A stretch of 64,000 nucleotides of DNA, from contig OZ024742.1 of NCBI GenBank assembly GCA_964016885.1, positions 354,454,001 to 354,518,000 on the forward strand, given 5' to 3'. The position numbers and the translations under genes were made by a program. Source of the DNA: Eledone cirrhosa. Taxonomy: Eukaryota. Shown piece by piece: positions 14,817 through 29,903 of this stretch (position 1 is the first letter of the stretch; every line of letters begins with the position of its first letter). The notes beneath the pieces are model-generated. The model did not search any database. It was not told where the DNA came from and worked only from the letters and a program-made list of their open reading frames with translations.

Positions 14817-16489
14817 ATGATAAATCTGCAAAAAGCAACACGGTTTAGTAGACAAATATCTGCTTTTACAAGGAGATATTACTTTCAGCCCCCATTTGAC
14901 AGCTTATATTTAACTTAAGTGAATGTACGAAGCTACAGTGCAACAATATTAATCCTAAGCGGCCAATTTCCCAGACATCTAAATCATATCTCTTGAGTAG
15001 CGTCCATTTAAAGAAGACCATGTAAATATATACGATGTATTCTTAGCGAAGTATTTCAGACAGAAAGCAAAAGGAGATAACGCGACGTCAAATGTAACTG
15101 CTGAAGATGCGGTTTTCCAAAATAATACTTTCTTTGTTTGTGTATATCTCGGGGAAGTGGGGGGTATATTATAATGTGTTAATACAATATAAAAATGCAT
15201 TGATTGTGTTTTACGCAGGTGGTGAGGTGATTAATTGTTGGTTTGTATGAGGGATAAATTAAACAAATGAAAATACACAACAGGTATAGAAACCATATTA
15301 ATTATGTCAGAAACGGTGCTGAATAGAATCAGTAAAATGTATAATACTGCTAGATAATAAACCATTCAAAATTTGGATAATATGAATGACTCACGGGGGT
15401 TAATTAAAAACTTTGTTATTCCATTAACTAGAAATATCATTTTAGCTTTTATCAACATCATTAATTGTTGTCTATGTGAATGTGTTTAATGTGAAACTCT
15501 CTTTCTATGTGAAATTCGTTTATATTTTGCTATAAAAAGAAACATCGCATGAGATATATTTCTTAAACTTGTAAACAAATGACTGATATTTCTTTTTATT
15601 CCAATAACTATACAGCACACACACTACCATACGTGTGGAGACAGTAAATTGTTTTCAGGAATAGGATGTGTTTTTCACATTTTCTTAAAACCTTTCTAAT
15701 GAAATAGTTGAATCTCTGCAGCTGAGAACAATGAAATAAAATTAACTGAAATGTTAATCGCTTCCCAGAATATTTCTGTGTTTTTCCAATTAATCTAATG
15801 TCTCGAATCTCCAGAGTCCTTTACCTCCTACTTCCAGTAATATATGATCACTTTCAAGTATCTCCATTTACAACAATCTTCAAGTGTTGAAGGATATGTA
15901 CATCGTGTACAATTAGCGTACCTTATCGGTTACCAGAAGATGTCTGGTCAATATAATATCACATTACTCATGAGTACACATGATCCATAATCTACGGGTT
16001 TCTACTAAAAAGACACATATATCTGTCATCTTTGGCTGTATGGGCGGGAAAATATCACACGATAAGGTTGTAAGTATGTTCATACTTAATACTAGAACAT
16101 TGAATACTCCATCGGAGCAATGATTAAACAACATTCTGTCAAATACATATTTATATTTATATACATTTATATTTGAGACAATTGTTACTAACCAGAGCAA
16201 ATTATTTAATACCGTATCTAGGAAGAATTTTGTACTGAGTAATCTTTCATTGGTTGACTTTAAGATTATATACATGATGTTATGTACTCGTTCTTGGATA
16301 TATATATATATAGAGAGAGAGATAGATAGATGGAGAGGCGGAGGAGAAATAAATAAAGAGAGTGTGATAGAGAGGGAGAGAAGAAAGGAGATATATATAC
16401 CCACTGAGGATCTCCCCATACAGTGATTACTCCCATGTTTAGTGGTCTCTGTGTTCTCAGCAAGTATATATATATATATATGCACATAT

Positions 16490-17760
16490 ATTCGACCCCT
16501 TACACATAAACCTCCCCATTACATTTAAAGATGAAGAAATGAAAAATAATCCTAGAAAAGGCAACAGAAATCACCAAAACACGTTCTCACTGGAACAAAG
16601 ATACACAACCAATCTCCAGCCTTACGGTAACAAAATACATAAGAAAAAACTGAGGCACATGCCTATACTTAATTGAAGGATAATTCACGTTTAAAGATGG
16701 CCAAACGTTCATAGTGAAAAGAAACTTCACTTGCAACTCTGAGAACATCATGTACGTAATCATATGCGGTGGCTGTCGACATAACTACATAGGACAGGCG
16801 GGTGTTTCATTATGCAAAACAATGATCATCCATCTCCAAAAAATCCGAGACGTAAAAACAAGAAAAATCCCCTTACGTGGCCACAGATTGTGCAGGAATG
16901 ATCCTACCCAACTTTAAAATATTCCCCCTTTTGCAAGTGCCCATATTCTTTCAAACAACAACAAAGAATAAAAAAATATGTTTATTAACAAATTTAAACC
17001 AACATTAACGATACAATCAGCACCATCATTTCTCTTTCTCCCACCCCCTATCCCCCCGCCACACACACAACGAAATAAGAGAAAAATGCTCATACAAATA
17101 TTTTACAATTCCTGATTGAAAGCCACCACTGACGCTTTGCTCTGTTTTCTTTTTATTTCCCACCACAAAGTGACCTGTGACAGACATTCTGAAGCACCCC
17201 CTCCCCACACACACATGCATGTATTTTTTAAATATATAAATTCTCAGACTCTCTCTCTAAATCCATATTATAAATATAGAATTTCTTTTACAGCCCTACT
17301 GTTGCCAATCCCATAGAATTTGTCTCTAGCTTAACATTGCCTCTTTCGCCAACACCCAACTGAAATCTTGACCAGTCCTTTAACACAATGGAGATTCTGT
17401 AAATATTCTGTAACAGAATACACATATTTACAGAATAATTCCTTTGTCCCTAAAAACAATTTTCTTCTGTGCGAAGAAACACAACTACCAACACTGCTGC
17501 TGTCCATATCATGATGACACAACACTTTATATATACACGAGGCACCATGTTCTAGTCTCCTTCTCAACGGTTGTAAACATTTACCCTAACACTAAATTTT
17601 TAATTTTTAATTTTTAGATTTCAATACATATTAATTCACTTTAATTGTAATACTCAACATTTGACAATATTAATTTTACTAATACATCGAAACCGGTTAT
17701 GTTTTAGATACTTTATATGCATTATATACTTTATATACATTATAAAACCCTCTTTATAAA
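16490..17760 (+). mobile_element. 5'-truncated PLE (Neptune-like GIY-YIG remnant plus 3'UTR/pLTR)
   Basis: KRNFTCNSENIMYVIICGGCRHNYIGQ (GIY-YIG with CxxC). HHR-like motif aacat TTGACAA..GAAAccggTT atgtt at 17656-17703. Confidence 0.7.
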
Positions 17761-17929
17761 AGAACTGTCCATCTCATTTTTTCAATAATGTCACTTTGAC
17801 GAATCAAAGATTGAGAAAACAAAGATAAAACAGACCCTTAAATATATATTCCGTGCTATATCGAATTTCACATTTTCTCTATAACTACTGTTTTGTATAG
17901 AACTTTACATCCCTTTTCAAATATGTATA

Positions 17930-18271
17930 TATACTAGCAGCAGTACCCAGCGTTGCCTGGGCAGGTAAAATAATATATGCTTTGATGTAAAGGTGTTGAT
18001 CTTCGCGACTGCAAGTTTCTTGAAAATCCATCGTAAAGTGTAGCAAATGGCGAAATGTTGAGTGAAATCGTATGGAATATGTGGGAGGTGGAAAAAATCG
18101 TATTTTGAAGAGTTAAACGGCTTCCACGCCGTCCCTGAACAAAAAATGCAAAGTGTAAAGCTACTATAAGATGTGCAATGATAGGTCCTATCGTAGTATG
18201 AAAATTGAACCAAATAAATTGATTTATGTGTGAGGTATAGCCGAAGTTTCGAATTTGATCGAAATCGGTTG

Positions 18272-18275
<4 letters not shown>
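17930..18275 (+). mobile_element. Possible non-autonomous Helentron/HINE-like element
   Basis: Starts tactagcagcagtacccagcgttgcctggg, with a subterminal hairpin cccag..ctggg, and lies in a TA context. Resemblance only. Confidence 0.4.
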
Positions 18276-18342
<67 letters not shown>

Positions 18343-19224
18343 CAAAATTAATATAAATCAAAATGAATTTAACCTAAATCAAAATTATGGATGTCATGCC
18401 ACAAGGCATGCGCCATATCACCCGTAAAATAAGCTCCAAGATTCTAATGAATAGGTCCGAGCAGTATCTATTTTTGAAGTTCTAGTTAACTTTATTTAGT
18501 TACCTACCTAGCTGTGTGTGCTTACACACTTGTACAAATTATGCCCTGTGATTGTTTCATATCTTTATTTATATGTTAATCAATTTCTAGTTGTTATATA
18601 TATATATAAATATATATATTAAAGTGTTAAACAATATTCAATGATTATGTCAAAGAATGAGTTTTACAGTAGATTGGAAGCACTAACACACTTATCGAAT
18701 TTATAAAAATAATATATAAATAACGAGCAAATAATTCTGAAATCTGGAGTCTTCACCTTAATATTATAAATTAAATATTTTCAAATGTAACCGTTTAACT
18801 TTGGAAAAAAATCGCCTTCTGCATATATCACATTTATCTTTCCCTCTTTGTAAATCCTTTTCCAGTGGCTATCACTGGCTGTTATGATTCATGAGATGTT
18901 TTCATAGATATATCGTAGTATCATACATTTTAAAACCTCTAGAACAGTTACAGTAAGCAACGTTTTCTTACTCACACATTCTCTAATGAATTCATTACGT
19001 TTTCGCATTTTCTCATAATTAGGCTATATATGTAACATTTTCCCTTGGGTTAATCACTACCTTGATGAAATCTTAACCATTTAACATCTCAGGGTATGTC
19101 ATGTATCATTATATTTTGTCTGATGAGGACGTACTGTTGTACATCCGAAATATGTATAATAAAATGTAATTGATCAAAAGAACATCTATTTTACTTTTTT
19201 TAGTAATCGTCCCTTTCTCCCTGT

Positions 19225-19265
<41 letters not shown>

Positions 19266-19268
19266 TGT

Positions 19269-20090
19269 AAACGTACATACATATATGTATACAGACGTAC
19301 AGTAGTATGTATATATATATATACATACATGCACACATATATATATGTACTTATGGATTCACCGAACATTTATTATAATGCTCGGTGTGTTTGTAAACAA
19401 ACATTCCGAATTAAGCCGTACAGTATCTAGCAACAATCGTTGCTCATTTGTTCAACACTGACAAAGGAACGCTGTAATAGTTTCAAGCTTATTAGCTATC
19501 GTAAGCAACGTATACATTCCTGCCAGATGGTTGAACGTCTGAAAGTATATACTTTCCTTATGCATATTAACGGCTGACTAGCCTAATTTGCATATCGAGT
19601 GAGTCAATCGGCCGGGGTACCGAAAACGATAAACGGAAAAAAATGAAACGAAATTTCATTTCTCACTCTTAGTACGGCTGTTACTTAAATATAAGTATGT
19701 ATACGTACATACATATATGTATACAGAGGTACAGTAGTATGTTATTATATATACATACATGCACACATATATATATATGTACGTATGGATTCACCGAACA
19801 TTTATTATATTGCTCGGTCTGTTTGTAAATAACCATCCCGAATTAAGCCGTTCTGTGTGTCTAGCAACCATCTTTGCTCATTTGTTCAACACTGACAAAG
19901 GAAAACTGTACTAGTTTCAAGTTTATTAGCTATCGTCAGCAACGTTTACCTTCCTGCCAGATGGTTGAACGTCTGAAAGTATATACTTTCCTTATGCATA
20001 TTAACGACTAAGCAGCCTAATTTGCATATCGAGTGAGTTAATCGGCCGGGGTAACGAAAACGATACACGGAAAAAATGAAACGAAATTTA
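19269..20090 (-). repeat. ~434-bp tandem dimer with octamer and degenerate HHR, related to the 468-bp unit
   Basis: ctaatttgcat at 19583 and 20017; gaaacgaaattt motif. Minus strand aggtaaacgttg CTGACGA..GAAActagTA at 19902-19948. Confidence 0.75.
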
Positions 20091-20094
20091 AAGA

Positions 20095-20292
20095 AAAGAA
20101 GGGGAGAGGGTGATAGAGAGAGAGATAGGCAGGGGTTGGAGAAATGGGAGAGAGTGGTATGTACATGTCTTAATCAAATTGTCGTGGTAGGGGTTTTATT
20201 ATACTGGTTACTCTTAAAGCGACAACCTTAAGCGATGCGTTGATAGTCAAGGTTGGAATTAGTTATTGCCACAGAGGGCAGGTTCATAGATG

Positions 20293-20387
<95 letters not shown>

Positions 20388-21320
20388 AGAGAGATATAGA
20401 GAGTGAGGGGGATAGACAGAGGGGAATGTAGAGAGGGGGAGAGATAGGGAGGAAACAGACGAAATCTATGTGGTGGGTGTACATTGAGTTCATAGTTGTA
20501 GGCTACAAATTCCACTAAGTTTCCATTTATAGTGATAAGCAGGGTATTGTCTTGTAGTGTGGGGGAAGAGAAAGTGGTTAGCTAGAAAGCAATGTTCTAG
20601 TTACAGGTTCGAATGTTAAGTTATTTTATAGTTTGAGAATTTAGCCTTCAGTTTGTGGTTGCAGTATAATGATCGTTCGATTCTATCATTTAGTAATTTA
20701 TTTTTGTATTTTAAGATGTAAAAGAGTTCAAGGTTAAATAACCTACAGTACTTCAATCCACTCCGATATGCACTAGCACTGGAAAGTATATCCCATTTCA
20801 AGGTGAACTGTTGGTTGCGTTCACGGAGTTGCCAGGTCATGTTGGCGAGTGTGGTCACAAAACGGTGATTAGGATGTTTAATTGAGAATAGATGACGATA
20901 CCAGCGAGATTTAAAGGAGATAATGGTAGACCCGATGTAATACGTTTTCTGGTCGTTCGATTCAACAGTGCATTGGTATGTTGGACTTTAGGCATTTATT
21001 CTTCAATGGACATCTTTCAGGTAGGTGGCAGTTACAGTTTTTGTTGTGGGTAGCGAGTATACCATGGAAAGGTTGGGATAGCACTACAGGAGGGGTGTGT
21101 AATACACGTCTCCCATTTAGTGGTTGGGAGGCCGATATTAATGTTATGCTTATATGTTATTAAAATATTTTGTTTTATAGTGTTGTTTAATTGCTTCAAG
21201 TTAATTTTTTTTATGTATGCTTCAAGGTTCGGTGCCGTGGAGTATGATAGCTTAATAGTTTTAGAGTTCAGAATTGTACTGCATTTATGGTAACTAGGGA
21301 AATGGTTAAGATATCCACAT
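20095..21320 (-). mobile_element. 5'-truncated Hydra-like PLE (thumb/linker/GIY-YIG remnant plus 3'UTR)
   Basis: LNHFPSYHKCSTILNSKTIKLSYSTAPNL; CNCHLPERCPLKNKC (CxCx5C); WQLRERNQQFTLKWDIL..CRLFNLELFYIL. Confidence 0.8.
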
Positions 21321-21763
21321 ACCACTCTATCCCATTTATCCAACCCCCGCATATCTATCTCTCTCTCTCTCTCTCCCCTTCTTTTATCTATTCCTTTTCT
21401 ACTCTATCTTCCCCAATAACTTCACTTAAGGGTATTTACATTTTACATTTTAACCATTCTGCTCCGATGATACAGTGGTCACATCATTTGATAATTGAGT
21501 TTTGCAAATAATTATAAATTTGCACATAACATAACTAGACTGTATAAGCACCGTGGAAACATTTGTAAGCACACATAATAAATTTCCTATTTATGATGTC
21601 TACCTGCTATTATTCATTCTTTATCTACACTCCGGAATACATAAGGATCAGGAACTGAGTTTATTCAACTATTCTTCCATAACTCGTTGAGTAACCTCTC
21701 ACCGTACGTAGACTCCATCCAGTGTAGTAATTAACCATTACTACATCCAGGATAATCCTATAC

Positions 21764-21809
<46 letters not shown>

Positions 21810-21849
21810 TAAATATACACGGCTGTGTATGATTGTGTATAGAAGATTA

Positions 21850-22372
<523 letters not shown>

Positions 22373-23464
22373 AGTCCGGTATTAGTTTATATGTGGAAAC
22401 TGTGCCTCTATCCAGGGCACCGCATTAATATACGTGTGTACACAATTATATTACAGGAAATAAAAAGAAATAAGAACCAATATTTATAATTTATTTCAAT
22501 AGTTTCTTCAAAGCAGGGCAATTATATGAAGACACTCTTCTAAAAGTGTTTTATTTGTCCTCAACGTAAAAGTAATTGCAATCACGCTTCTGTAATTAAA
22601 TCCTGATATAATTATACTTGCAATTCTCTTGGAGATTAATTTACCCAGGAAGGATATTTAAAACATCCCAATCACACAATATTGAAACCATATCAAAACA
22701 ACATCGCATATTGCTATCTCAAAATAATATAAGTATAATAGAATAGAAATAGGATTTCGCTTGAACCATAGCTTTACACAAATATGTATAGACATTTTGT
22801 ATTTCTAAAGAAACACATAATAGTTTAGATGTATATGATAACAAACCAACATGAATGGCGGATTCTTCGATTGTGATGATAATTGGGAAGTATTGTTATC
22901 CCGGAGTGTACGATGGCATGCACTGGGTGGCTGAATATGTCAATCTTAGACCAGAAGGGTCTAGTATATTTGAGGCTCGTGCGTACTTGGTCAGTTGTTT
23001 GTTGGGTGGCGAGGCACTTTTATCTTTGATAGGTTTGCATTCAGCTGCCGTATTCGATAGCAGGATGCATAACACTCACTAAGACATTCATACACACACA
23101 CGTGTGTGTATGCGTGCACATACACGAATACACACGCATACGCACACACACATACACACAAACACATACACTCATACACACACACATACACATACACCTA
23201 AAAATGAAAAACAATATATATATTTTACTGAACATACACGTGGTTTTTTTGTGATACTTTTCCATTTCTTCTTCGTCGAATCTCCTGCACCTTTCTATGC
23301 CTTTTATTGCCTATTCCATCTTTTAATGCGGGACAAGTTTCAGAATCATTAAGACTCTTTTTTTCTATATCAAGCGTTAAACTAATGTATATCTTCAGTG
23401 TACTGGATTGTTTGCTGTGTTGTTTTATGTTTACATTTCATACATACATATATATACATACACG

Positions 23465-23503
<39 letters not shown>

Positions 23504-24469
23504 GCATACACACACACACACACCCACACACACACACCCACACACGCACGCACACACATATATATATATATATATATAAAACAGTATATCGTATTATGAT
23601 ATTTACTCTCTCTCCATCGTTATTCTGAGTTTCGCGATAAATTGTCGATTGAGCAGCAAGTGTACAATTCCATGAATACCGTATGCATACTGTTATCCAT
23701 TTTCACCAAGTCACTGGTTTTGTTTGTCAAAATATAGCTTCGCTTGGTTAATGTTTTCGCTTTGTTCATGACATGTACTGCATGAGACTTAAGAAATTAG
23801 TAATATCACTGATAACAAAAAGAAACTTAAACGCAGAAACCCCTTTAGCACTGATTTTATCAACCGAAAATATGAACAGATTCAACAAAAATATGTCTTT
23901 TTTCATCACATATTTATTTAAGCAAACCTATTAATACAGAAATTTCCGGAAATGCTTCTTAAGCATTTAAAAATTGATATCGTGTATTTTGAATGAAGCT
24001 ACTAGAACCATATTTGAATAGCATTATAGAATTTAGTATGCTCTTAACACCCGCAAAATCCATTCGATTTGCGCACCTAAGCATGTATAGATGTATGCCG
24101 AAACCAGATATGTTGGCACGTTTTATAATCCTAAACACATCTTCAATAGTCACTACTATTCCAGTCTTTATTTATATAACCATGATATATGTATTTCAAG
24201 TCAGCCTGATCATCAGTGCAATTGGAATATTGTTGTTAGTTTAATACAATGTTCCATACCATACTCAAACCTCACTCAAATATTTCATTATATAATTAGC
24301 TTACGTTCAGACATTTCCTAAACCATGTAAGAAAATATTAGTCTTTATCACTGTGAATTCTTTCTATATTACTGAAAAGATTTTGCTGACTTGGCTCATA
24401 ATCACTATAATGATTTTCTTTATTAGGCAAACGATGGCTGAATGCAATACAACATGGTTGGTATGACAG

Positions 24470-24870
24470 GTGATTCTGTTTCAGGCACGAGGGCAATAAA
24501 TTAGGGAGGGGGAGTCGATGTTAATCGACTGCAGTAAGAATGAAAGTCATAGCTAACCACGGTGTGATTTGAACGTAATGGGACTTAATTATATAGAGCA
24601 GAGCATGTCCCACGCTCTATCGATACTGCCAATCTACCCCCCTGATCTTAATCATTATCATGGTTTCTTATTTAGGCAAAATTCCAAACATTTGGCGGGA
24701 TGGGAATCGATTAAATTGACCCAAGTGCTTAACTCTTAATGTTATTGATTCCGTAAGGATAAAAGGCAAAAGTAACTTCCACAGGTTTTTAACTCAGAAT
24801 GTAAATGGACATATCATTAGGCCACCGACCATTTAGTTTGACGCTCAACCGATATTACAAATCCACCATT
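24470..24870 (-). mobile_element. Two degenerate SINE copies
   Basis: Diverged matches to the 2594 family (cgtaaggataaaaggcaaa, gatactgccaatc). Confidence 0.6.
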
Positions 24871-24897
24871 CCCATGTTGATTATTATAATACAAACA

Positions 24898-25115
24898 GAG
24901 CGGTGGATTGGTTGGCTGTGTCGGTAGAAGGTCGGACGACATGCTTTGTATCAAAGAGTTACGGTCTTTATGCTCTGAGTTCAAATCCCGCCGAGGTTAA
25001 ATTTGCCTCGCATCCTTACGGGGTCGATGAAATAAAGTACCAGAACGAACTGGGGTCGATTTAACAAACTTTCCCCAACACCAAAATTGCTGGCCTTGTG
25101 CCTATGTAAGAAACC
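24898..25115 (+). mobile_element. tRNA/Meta-like SINE with TSD
   Basis: B box gagttcaaatcc. TSD attattat[a/g]atacaaaca at 24880-24897 and 25116-25133. Confidence 0.88.
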
Positions 25116-25689
25116 ATTATTATGATACAAACAAATCCCTCATATAGGCGTATTCCGTTATTTGTTTAATAATCAATGAATTTATTCTATTCCACGCTTC
25201 TAAGATTCCTATTTTATTTGTCGACTTGTATTGTATACGTCAGCCACTGTGGGTATTGAAATGAGAGCGGAGAGCTACAATATATGCCATAATTAATTTA
25301 GTCCGATCAGTGAGAAATCCTACCCATTATATTTAATGCTATATACTTCATTAAAATAATCGTAAGTTAATCATGCTCTATGAATGACACAGCTACATGC
25401 TGCTTGCGAAATGACAACCAAAGGTGGAAGGTCTATGTTAGAAATGCTAATCAATATTTATCGAACCTAATTAATGAATCGTAATGAAAGATCTTTCGTT
25501 GAACGTATGTCATTTACCCGAAGTAGATTCTTGACGAGGCAACTAAAATAAACAATAACATCAACAGCAGAAACAATAAGTACAGCAGCAACAATATGCG
25601 TAAAAAACAAGGAAAATATTCGAAAATCAAAATTATAAGGAAGAATATTCGGCAATATGTGAATTCATACTGACTGCAAATTGACTGGG

Positions 25690-25905
25690 CAGTTTGCAGA
25701 TATGCAAATCTGGCTGATCAGTGGATCTGTTAATATGCAGATCTGACTGATCAGCCACTTGCTAATATGCAAATCAGGCCGACCAGTCAGTGTGTATTTT
25801 TGAAAATAGCATATATTTTAACTAGCTCTGACAGATTAGCAGGTAAACAGTGAGCTGTAGTGATGAAGGGATATGCCCAGAAACGTTAGTGCCTGCAGTT
25901 CTGTT
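25690..25905 (+). other. Octamer cluster followed by a decayed type I HHR (probable solo retrozyme remnant)
   Basis: ATGCAAAT at 25702 and 25767, ATGCAGAT at 25735. gagctgta GTGATGA aggg atatg ccca GAAA cgttagtgcc tgcagttc. Confidence 0.45.
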
Positions 25906-26084
25906 CGCATGCCAAGATAAGAGCAAGAATGAAGTATTCAATCTACTGACATGGCTATAAAATTGAGGCTTCTTTACGTAATTGCAAACGAATCGATATT
26001 GTTGTTTATATTCGAAACAATCAGATTACATTTATTGTATTCAGCCATGTAGAGCAAAATATTATTTTTTATATATATATATAT

Positions 26085-27252
<1,168 letters not shown>

Positions 27253-27289
27253 GTATATATATATATATATATATATCATTTATTCCAAT

Positions 27290-27988
27290 TTGAATCGGAG
27301 GTACCGCAGTAAGTAAGGTATTCAATACATAGCAGAGTATAAAAGTGTTAATATAAAAGAGCATCTACAGGACTAGAAATATTTCATTCGTGAGAAATCA
27401 TCAAGAAGCTGACTGTCCAAGTAAATTATAGTATTTAAATATTTCCATGTTTGTTGGTAGGATAGGGTGGGTATTGGCATGGGTGTAGTTCATTGGTTGA
27501 AGGATTTTAAAAAAATGGAGTTCCTTAAAAGCTAATTCTTAAAAGCTATAATATTAACAAAGGCAGAAAGAATACTGTAAACAAATTCAAAATAGGAATA
27601 CCAATCCTTGTTTATCACTTAGACTAACGCTGCCTGTAAGACGGGTGTCTACAGGATGGCTGGGGTTTATTGGTTTAAAGTAAAGGGAAATCCTCTAGAA
27701 GCTAATTCTTTAAGGCTGAGTTAAGGGTGACGAAGGCAGAAAGGGTTCCATCAACAGGTTCAAGTGTTGGGGTGATACCCGTTATTGTGAAGTTTCTCTT
27801 AGTATATAGTCCAGGTGTCCAAAAACCCAAATCATACACGCGCCCACTTACACACGTACACACACATAGACGCACGCACACGCAAAACAAACATACATAA
27901 TGGGACATACATATATACAAATATATACATACGCATATTCATATGTATATACATACGTGTACATACATACGCATACATATATATATAC

Positions 27989-27995
<7 letters not shown>
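27290..27995 (-). mobile_element. pLTR/3'UTR-like repeat with HHR; inverted homolog of 43455-44100
   Basis: About 600 bp of clear similarity. HHR consensus gcttc CTGATGA t-ttc tcac gaa-t GAAA cag..ctg TA gaagc from the copies at 27360-27410, 44045-44095 and 53495-53535. Confidence 0.7.
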
Positions 27996-28047
<52 letters not shown>

Positions 28048-28132
28048 CACACATACATACAAAGATATATACACACACACGCACTCACGTTTTCATGCGT
28101 ACACTCGCACACACACACACACACACATATTC

Positions 28133-28205
<73 letters not shown>

Positions 28206-28299
28206 AAGTAATTCCGTCGGAAAAAGTTCTGGAAAAAAGAGTGCTCTATGTAGGTAACAGAGCTTAATAGTTATGTAATAAACAACATAAGGCAATTAT

Positions 28300-28358
28300 T
28301 TCATTTACCAGTGGTTTCTTAAAAGCAAAAAAATATTGCTTTTAATCATCAGAATGAA
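28300..28358 (-). ncRNA. Type I hammerhead (intact)
   Basis: ttcatt CTGATGA ttaaaagc..gcttttaa GAAA cca c tgg T A aatgaa; GUA triplet. Confidence 0.82.
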
Positions 28359-28519
28359 GAAATCCTGGTGTATTTATTGGCGTTGGATTTTAAAAACAAA
28401 AATATAATCTATATGAAAGTGAGGCTGGAAAAGGAAGAAGGAAAGGAAAAATAAAAACACATATGCAAACATACACACACACACATATATACATACACAC
28501 ATATATATATATATATACA

Positions 28520-29137
28520 TGGTGGCTGCCAACTCGTTTTCGAGTACGGCCACTACTTTATATCCATGTAGGAGAACCCCTACCTATGCGCTGAACGAGT
28601 GTGACTTTTTAGTCCAGCCACCGACTTGAAAACTCTAGCACAAACACCCCACTTGTGACGATTATTGACATATAGTGCTGGGCCCATGGTACATGTGATG
28701 ACAAGTGCAGAGATATCTCCAGATATAAAGCAATGCCTGTGCCGTGAAGCTTTTATAGTGAGCAAAGGCACTGCACAAAGCCAGTCCCACTCTCTTAACC
28801 AAGATGATATTTACCAAAAAGAAGAACAAGTCAACATCATTGGATACCATCAGGGTTGCAGGTGTTATATCAGAGTTTTCCTTCTCCTAGAATTCTGCCT
28901 TGACAAAGGCTAAGGGGTCATCTCTCCCTGTGATTTTGGATGGCCATTGACTCTTAAGAGCTCCTTTGCCCTTTGACAGGTCTTGTTTTTAGTCCTGCAG
29001 GATGTCCAAAGTCACCCTCCTCACCAAGAAACCTTGGTGGGGTTGCCAGTTTAGTCGCCAACAACCCGACCATGAGACAGGTTGTACTGGGATACATGTT
29101 ACCAGTAGCACCAACTGGTGACCAACTGGTGACCTGA
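28520..29137 (-). mobile_element. Short non-autonomous RTE-derived element (5'UTR-like part plus 3' C2H2 zinc-finger end)
   Basis: WGVCARVFKSVAGLKSHTRSAHR* resembles the RTE C-terminal zinc finger. The upstream part contains agaaggaaaactctga, typical of RTE 5' regions. No RT lies between them. Confidence 0.55.
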
Positions 29138-29802
29138 CATATATATACATACACACATTCATACACACACACATACACACACACACACATATATATGTGT
29201 ATATACATCCATACACATACATATACACATACATACATACACACATATATATCAACATATCCATACATACACATAGATACACATACACAGACGTGCATAC
29301 ACACACACACACATATACATGCAAATATATATATATATATATATAGACATAAACAAATATATACATACATACACACACATACATATATATACACACGCAC
29401 ATATATATATATATATAGACATACATATATACATACACATGCATACATACATACACACAATCATGCGTATATACACACGTACATACATACACATACATAC
29501 ACACATATATGCACAAATATAGAAATATATACACACACCTACATACTCACACACAGAAATAAATATTAGAAAAAATATATAATAATAAAAATGAATATAA
29601 AGATTATTATAGTGTTGACAACGATACAGGCAACAAATAAATGAACAAACACACGTGGTAAGCAATACCCATAAATGCACGTACACATACATACGTAAAA
29701 ATAAATACATACACATACTCTCACACATAAATATACATATACAAATACATAAACACATACATACGCATACACATATACATACACACATACATATACATAT
29801 AT

Positions 29803-29891
<89 letters not shown>

Positions 29892-29903
29892 TACATACAC
29901 ATA

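Larger units (their letters stand above)
28255..29820 (-). mobile_element. Left arm of a large inverted pLTR pair (partner 36660-37655), interrupted by an RTE-derived insert
   Basis: 28270-28490 is the reverse complement of 37440-37655, and 29140-29820 of 36660-37390. Confidence 0.8.

Noticed and set aside
14755-14817. Poly-Ser/poly-Tyr coding stretch
   Set aside because: (AGT)n microsatellite.
23640-24320. Possible host exon (receptor-like peptide TIEDVFRIIKRANISGFG...)
   Set aside because: Short, bounded by stops, with no convincing splice structure or domain match by eye.
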